Below, in pieces: positions 59,607 through 64,000 of a DNA stretch of 64,000 bases (positions within the stretch are counted from its first letter, which is position 1; each line of letters starts with the position of its first letter). This DNA is from a plasmid. The stretch lies in assembly GCF_054482525.1 (NCBI RefSeq), contig NZ_JBTHVG010000003.1; one strand, given 5' to 3'. The position numbers were made by a program, and so were the translations under genes. The notes under the pieces were generated by a model. It saw only the letters and a list, made by a program, of their open reading frames with translations. It was not told the DNA's origin and did not search any database.

Positions 59607-60440
59607 TTGACTCGACATCTCAGACACATGCCGATAATCAAATGGGCTGGTGGAAAAACGAAACTGATGCCTTTCATCAGCCATCACTACCCACACGATC
59701 ATAGTTGCCGGTGGGTAGAACCCTTTATAGGCGGTGGTGCCGTTTTTCTGAACATGTTTGCACAAAATGCATTGCTTGCAGATAGCAATCCAGACTTGAT
59801 CAACCTATACAGGACTATTCAAAGACAGAAAACTAACTTTATAAATCAGGTCCAAAACTTGGCGGATAAAACCTTTGTCGAAAAGGACTACTATGAGATG
59901 AGGGACCGTTTCAACAAAACCTGTATTTCTGGTCAATCGCTTCAAAGAGCGGCTTTGTTTTACTCCCTGAATCGCCTGGGCTATAACGGTATGTGCCGCT
60001 ATAACTCAGAAAGAATCTATTCAGTGCCGTGGGGGAAACATACAGAACTGAAGCTTGACCTCAATAAAATAGACTACCTTTCATTTCGTCTTTCAGGTAT
60101 TGAACTGATCACCGCTGGTTTTGAGGAGACTCTGGCCGCAACCGGTGAAGGAGATCAGATTTACTGTGATCCGCCATATGACAAAACAAGCAAAACTAGT
60201 TTTGTCAGTTACGATGGTAAACCGTTCAGCCAAAGCGACCACGTGCTGTTAGCAAATATGCTCGTTGACGCTCACAGAAAAGGCGCTGCTGTTGCGATAT
60301 CAAATAGCCTGACATCATTCACTTTGGGCCTCTATGAAGAGCGTGGATTCGTCATACACAGACTCAGCGCTTACCGATCCGTAGGAAGTAAGCCGAATAC
60401 ACGGAAAACGGAAACAGAAATACTGGCCGTGCTGAAATAG
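59607..60440 (+). CDS. Dam-family N6-adenine DNA methyltransferase
   Basis: 'IIKWAGGK' N-terminal motif and 'DPPY' motif IV; probable true start at internal Met (~59628). Confidence 0.7.
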   Translation: MTRHLRHMPIIKWAGGKTKLMPFISHHYPHDHSCRWVEPFIGGGAVFLNMFAQNALLADSNPDLINLYRTIQRQKTNFINQVQNLADKTFVEKDYYEMRDRFNKTCISGQSLQRAALFYSLNRLGYNGMCRYNSERIYSVPWGKHTELKLDLNKIDYLSFRLSGIELITAGFEETLAATGEGDQIYCDPPYDKTSKTSFVSYDGKPFSQSDHVLLANMLVDAHRKGAAVAISNSLTSFTLGLYEERGFVIHRLSAYRSVGSKPNTRKTETEILAVLK

Positions 60441-60448
60441 AGTAAATT

Positions 60449-61306
60449 CTAATCAACTAGGCTAATCCATTCCTCAAAAGTTAATACCTCAGGGTAAGTT
60501 CGTTGAACATAAGGTATAAACTGAAGCTCTTCTATTCTCCGGTCGCCCCTCTTTCCTTCGCAAATAAATGAAATGAGTCCTTGCTGAGAAAGGCCAGTAA
60601 GGACGCTCATAAGTCTTATATTTAGACTTTTAAGCTGTAAGTCGTTATTAATGTCCTCCACTTTATGAGAGCTCTGGCCTGAACGTTTAAGATACTCGTA
60701 AACCATGAAATTCGAATTTCGTCGTTTTAACAATTTTTCGGTTATGCATTCCTGAATGAAGTCGCCAAGAGCATCTAAAAGCGGACTGAGAACTACCGGG
60801 AAAGTTAATGTGTAACTTTGAGAAGTTTTAGACAAAGTGAATGAGTTTAGAAAGCTAAAGTTTAGTCTCTTTTTTGAATATGGAACATAAGCGACAAGAG
60901 TAGTCGACATAACAGTAAGTAAAGCTTCAAGATGGTTCACTGTTATTAAAGTGGTTTTATCTGTATTTCTAAGATTATGGAAATCAATAAACGCTACTCT
61001 TGAACGGCTAAGCCAATCTTGTACTTTAATGTCGATAGAAAATTGCGAGATATGATTTGAACATTCATTTTGGGTGATAGGGCATGCAGACGAAAGATGG
61101 TTATGGATTATCATGCATAGCACAAAAAAAGGAAAACGGCAGGCTGTGGGGCATTGAAAACCGGTTAAAGAAAGCTTAGACGTTTCATATGCGCTTACCG
61201 GAAAAGTAACTTTTCTTAACGTTGGCTTTGACGATGTTCTTGCATTTTTACAAATGAAACCGAGACCCAGATCATTGTGCATTTTAAAGTCCATCTCCAT
61301 CATCAC
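60449..61306 (-). CDS. hypothetical protein (true start probably internal)
   Basis: Low-GC ORF; a palindromic motif copy lies inside the annotated N-terminus. Confidence 0.3.
   Translation of the reverse strand: MMMEMDFKMHNDLGLGFICKNARTSSKPTLRKVTFPVSAYETSKLSLTGFQCPTACRFPFFVLCMIIHNHLSSACPITQNECSNHISQFSIDIKVQDWLSRSRVAFIDFHNLRNTDKTTLITVNHLEALLTVMSTTLVAYVPYSKKRLNFSFLNSFTLSKTSQSYTLTFPVVLSPLLDALGDFIQECITEKLLKRRNSNFMVYEYLKRSGQSSHKVEDINNDLQLKSLNIRLMSVLTGLSQQGLISFICEGKRGDRRIEELQFIPYVQRTYPEVLTFEEWISLVD
61197..61216. promoter_or_regulatory. palindromic motif copy (ccggaaaagtaacttttctt)
   Basis: Read directly; inside annotated 5' end of 60449-61306. Confidence 0.35.
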
Positions 61307-61537
61307 CTTTTAGCCTTAACTGTATGGTATTGGTATACAAAAAATTAAAATTATAATTAATAAGATTATCATTTTTTTACAATAGAAAAGGTTCTGATAG
61401 AGGGGAATTTAAATGTAAAAGATTTATACTCGCAGATCTTTATGAGGGATAAAACCCATTGCGTAAGCAACAATATTACGTGAGTGAGTCCTAACGACAG
61501 TTAAAGTCTTGGCTCTATATTTAAGCAGCAAAAACAT

Positions 61538-62254
61538 TTAACTGTCTTGGAGTTTATTTAACTTAAAAACTGTTATTGCAGCATAATTTTTCGAATCAAA
61601 TTCATAGAATTTTCTGACTTTTCCAGTCAAATGATAACGTTCACCCAATAAAATGTGATCCTGTTTATCGGCCGTTAAAGCGATCCCGTCATTTCTAACT
61701 TTACCAGTAAATGTAAAAAAATAACTCCCTTTACTTTTTGCGTACGCGGCCCTGACTTCAGTAAATGTTAGTTCAATGCTTATGACCTGGCCGATATTGT
61801 AGCTATGTTTTAAAATTTCTTGTTCATTTTCCGGAGTTTCAGACAACATCACATCAAAAGTTGTAAATAAACAATCCAGCTGGCGTTCTGTCAAGAAACG
61901 GTTATTGTCTAATTGCGCCAATATACTATTAGAAAACTTAGTGTTAGCCTTTTTTGCTTTCTCAATAAGGACGTGGTTTCTGGATTTCCATGCTTCGAGT
62001 GTTGGGTTAACACGCAGTTCCGGAATGTTATCGAGAAAGGTAATTGGCTCTAGTGCCACTAATTTTTCAATAATGGGTCCAACTGTTTGTACCCCATGAC
62101 ACTTTTCACATAAATCAGCCCCTTTGTGGCCTGTGCCCGCACATTCGTTACATTCTCTTTCGATAGGTGCATAATAATTTCCATCTCCGTTAAGTGATAC
62201 ATTCACTGAGGCTGGTACCATATGACCATCAAGAGTAAAGAAAAGAGATTTCAT
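61538..62254 (-). CDS. hypothetical protein with Cys-rich segment
   Basis: 'CNECAGTGHKGADLCEKCHG'. Confidence 0.35.
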   Translation of the reverse strand: MKSLFFTLDGHMVPASVNVSLNGDGNYYAPIERECNECAGTGHKGADLCEKCHGVQTVGPIIEKLVALEPITFLDNIPELRVNPTLEAWKSRNHVLIEKAKKANTKFSNSILAQLDNNRFLTERQLDCLFTTFDVMLSETPENEQEILKHSYNIGQVISIELTFTEVRAAYAKSKGSYFFTFTGKVRNDGIALTADKQDHILLGERYHLTGKVRKFYEFDSKNYAAITVFKLNKLQDS

Positions 62255-62451
62255 TTTCGAAACACCTCCAAACGTGCCTCTACGATTGCTACAGCTTCTT
62301 TCACAGTTTTTTCATAGTGGTCATGCCCTTCAGGAAATTGATCAAAACGTTTACCGTGTTCTAACTCTTCCATGTTGCGTTTAAGGACTTCATGAGTTAG
62401 AAGCAAATCACTATAATTATCGATAAGAGTCAGCTTTATAGGTTTAATCAC
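62251..62451 (-). CDS. hypothetical small protein
   Basis: ORF overlapping next gene by 4 nt. Confidence 0.3.
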   Translation of the reverse strand: MIKPIKLTLIDNYSDLLLTHEVLKRNMEELEHGKRFDQFPEGHDHYEKTVKEAVAIVEARLEVFRK

Positions 62452-62468
62452 TCAACTAATCCTCGTTT

Positions 62469-63524
62469 TTAATATTCCTTAAGGAGATCTCGAATTTCCA
62501 GAAGCTCTTCTAATTTTGGTTTAGAAACAATGATTGCTGTATTTTCGTCGTTAAGTAAAGACAATAAAATATTTAGCTTTTCATCATTCAAGATTATTTG
62601 AACACCATCATTGGAAAATATTACATTATTACTATTAACATTTTTGAACAAGTGTGCACTATCTCTACCAAATTTTAGTTCTGTTTGAGTATTCGTTATA
62701 GATTCCGTATGTGTACTTTCCACAAGCTCAAGAAATTCAGATTTTAGCCGTTCTGTTTTCTTATGCGAGAGGCGCTTAATACCCAAAGTCTTACGAGTGA
62801 CTGCCGAATTTTTCTTTTCTGGTCCGCCTTTATTTAAGGTGTCTGGTCCTGCTCCAGCTGCATTGTGTTCAGGTATGCCTACAATTTTGCTCGTTGTAGT
62901 CTCAATATTCTTAACGCCAGGTAAGAAACCTTCTATATGTTTTAAAACCATTTTGTGATCGTTGGAATATTTTAACATTATTTCAATGGCGAGCGTTTTT
63001 TTGATTAGATTTAGGCTAATCAAACGTTGAAGCTCTAATGGCATATCAAGGATTTTTAGCATATTACGAATTGCGGTAGTTGATCGTTGATATCGCATTG
63101 CTAGTTCTTCAACCGAATACCCGAGACTAACAGCATGAGCTAATGCATGAGCTTGCCCAACCGGATTTAGCCCATTGCTTCTGTTACCATCGAGGTTCTC
63201 AAGGTATTCTTCAATTTCGTTTTTATAATCGATTAGGATAACAGATAATTTTGGAATATTAGCACCTTCAGAAATTGCTAATTTTAAGCCATGAAAACGA
63301 GTATGACCTTGACGAACTAAATATTTACCTTTTCTTTTTACGACCTTGATCATATCAACCTGCCTTCCTTCCTTAAAGGCTTGTTTGATTGACACAATCA
63401 TCGACTTGACAGGTTCTTGTTCGTAACACAAATCTCCGATTACCGCCTCTCGGGGATTAAATCCCTTTTCAATTTCAACTAGATTAGTATCCACTTCAAT
63501 GACTGTATGTTTGCTGTTGTTCAT
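62469..63524 (-). CDS. ParB-like nuclease-domain protein (paralog 3, low GC)
   Basis: 'YLVRQGHTRFHGLKLA' ParB/Srx motif and HTH-like segment. Confidence 0.6.
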   Translation of the reverse strand: MNNSKHTVIEVDTNLVEIEKGFNPREAVIGDLCYEQEPVKSMIVSIKQAFKEGRQVDMIKVVKRKGKYLVRQGHTRFHGLKLAISEGANIPKLSVILIDYKNEIEEYLENLDGNRSNGLNPVGQAHALAHAVSLGYSVEELAMRYQRSTTAIRNMLKILDMPLELQRLISLNLIKKTLAIEIMLKYSNDHKMVLKHIEGFLPGVKNIETTTSKIVGIPEHNAAGAGPDTLNKGGPEKKNSAVTRKTLGIKRLSHKKTERLKSEFLELVESTHTESITNTQTELKFGRDSAHLFKNVNSNNVIFSNDGVQIILNDEKLNILLSLLNDENTAIIVSKPKLEELLEIRDLLKEY

Positions 63525-64000
63525 ATCTTCCTCCTGTTTACTACATGATACATGAACCTCAAATTTGCCAAATAGGGCTGATACATCTAAAAGGTAAACT
63601 CAAAAAATTTGCTTAATAAAATTAAAATAAAAACTGTCTTGAATAAAACAATGATAGTAGACCCTCGTTCATTTCCGTTTGCGATCTGTAGATATTGTTA
63701 AAGGAGCGCTATTCCTTGTTTTATATGGACTTATCATTGTTTTCAACAGGATAGATCAATTCTTTAGATCACTAAAGATCAATAGAGTTCAAGTAAAGAT
63801 CACGGCATCTTTAACTCATTGATTATAGTGACTTTATGAAAGGATCCGGCATTCGGATGCATGCGAAAAGCATTTGAATGAATAAGGAAGGCATTTACTG
63901 GAATGCTTATGGCATTTAGGTTAATGCGTAAAAAGCATTTGCAAGAATATGTTATAAACAGTTTGCCAAATGAAAATCTTATCACCGACGAGTTAAGTTA

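Overview
This 64-kb window looks like part of a large enterobacterial (E. coli-type) plasmid; all calls are from reading the sequence and ORF track, with no database search run. Its core is an iteron-type replicon: repA (47389-48477, minus) of the P1/RepFIB kind, with direct-repeat iterons upstream and an 81-bp tandem palindromic array downstream that is split by an IS91-family insertion. Three paralogous ~800-aa secreted proteins flank the replicon. Five insertion sequences are recognisable with exact ends: IS186, IS150, IS2 and IS1, plus an IS91-family element with approximate ends. A hok-type toxin gene sits between IS186 and IS150. Most of the rest is an accessory array of co-directional minus-strand genes resembling a conjugative-plasmid leading / anti-restriction region: three ParB-like proteins, five putative DNA methyltransferases, a 794-aa DndC/PAPS-reductase-like protein, an HNH nuclease, an orphan HigB-like toxin and many hypotheticals. 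The most interesting signal is a pair of short motifs (palindrome GAAAAGTWACTTTTC and a CTCAGGTTATTAGCC box) that recur in the 5' regions of many of these genes, suggesting a shared regulatory module. A tight three-gene operon at the left edge (membrane protein, S49 peptidase, NERD nuclease-domain protein) is a second candidate for an undescribed system. No rRNA, tRNA or CRISPR array was seen.
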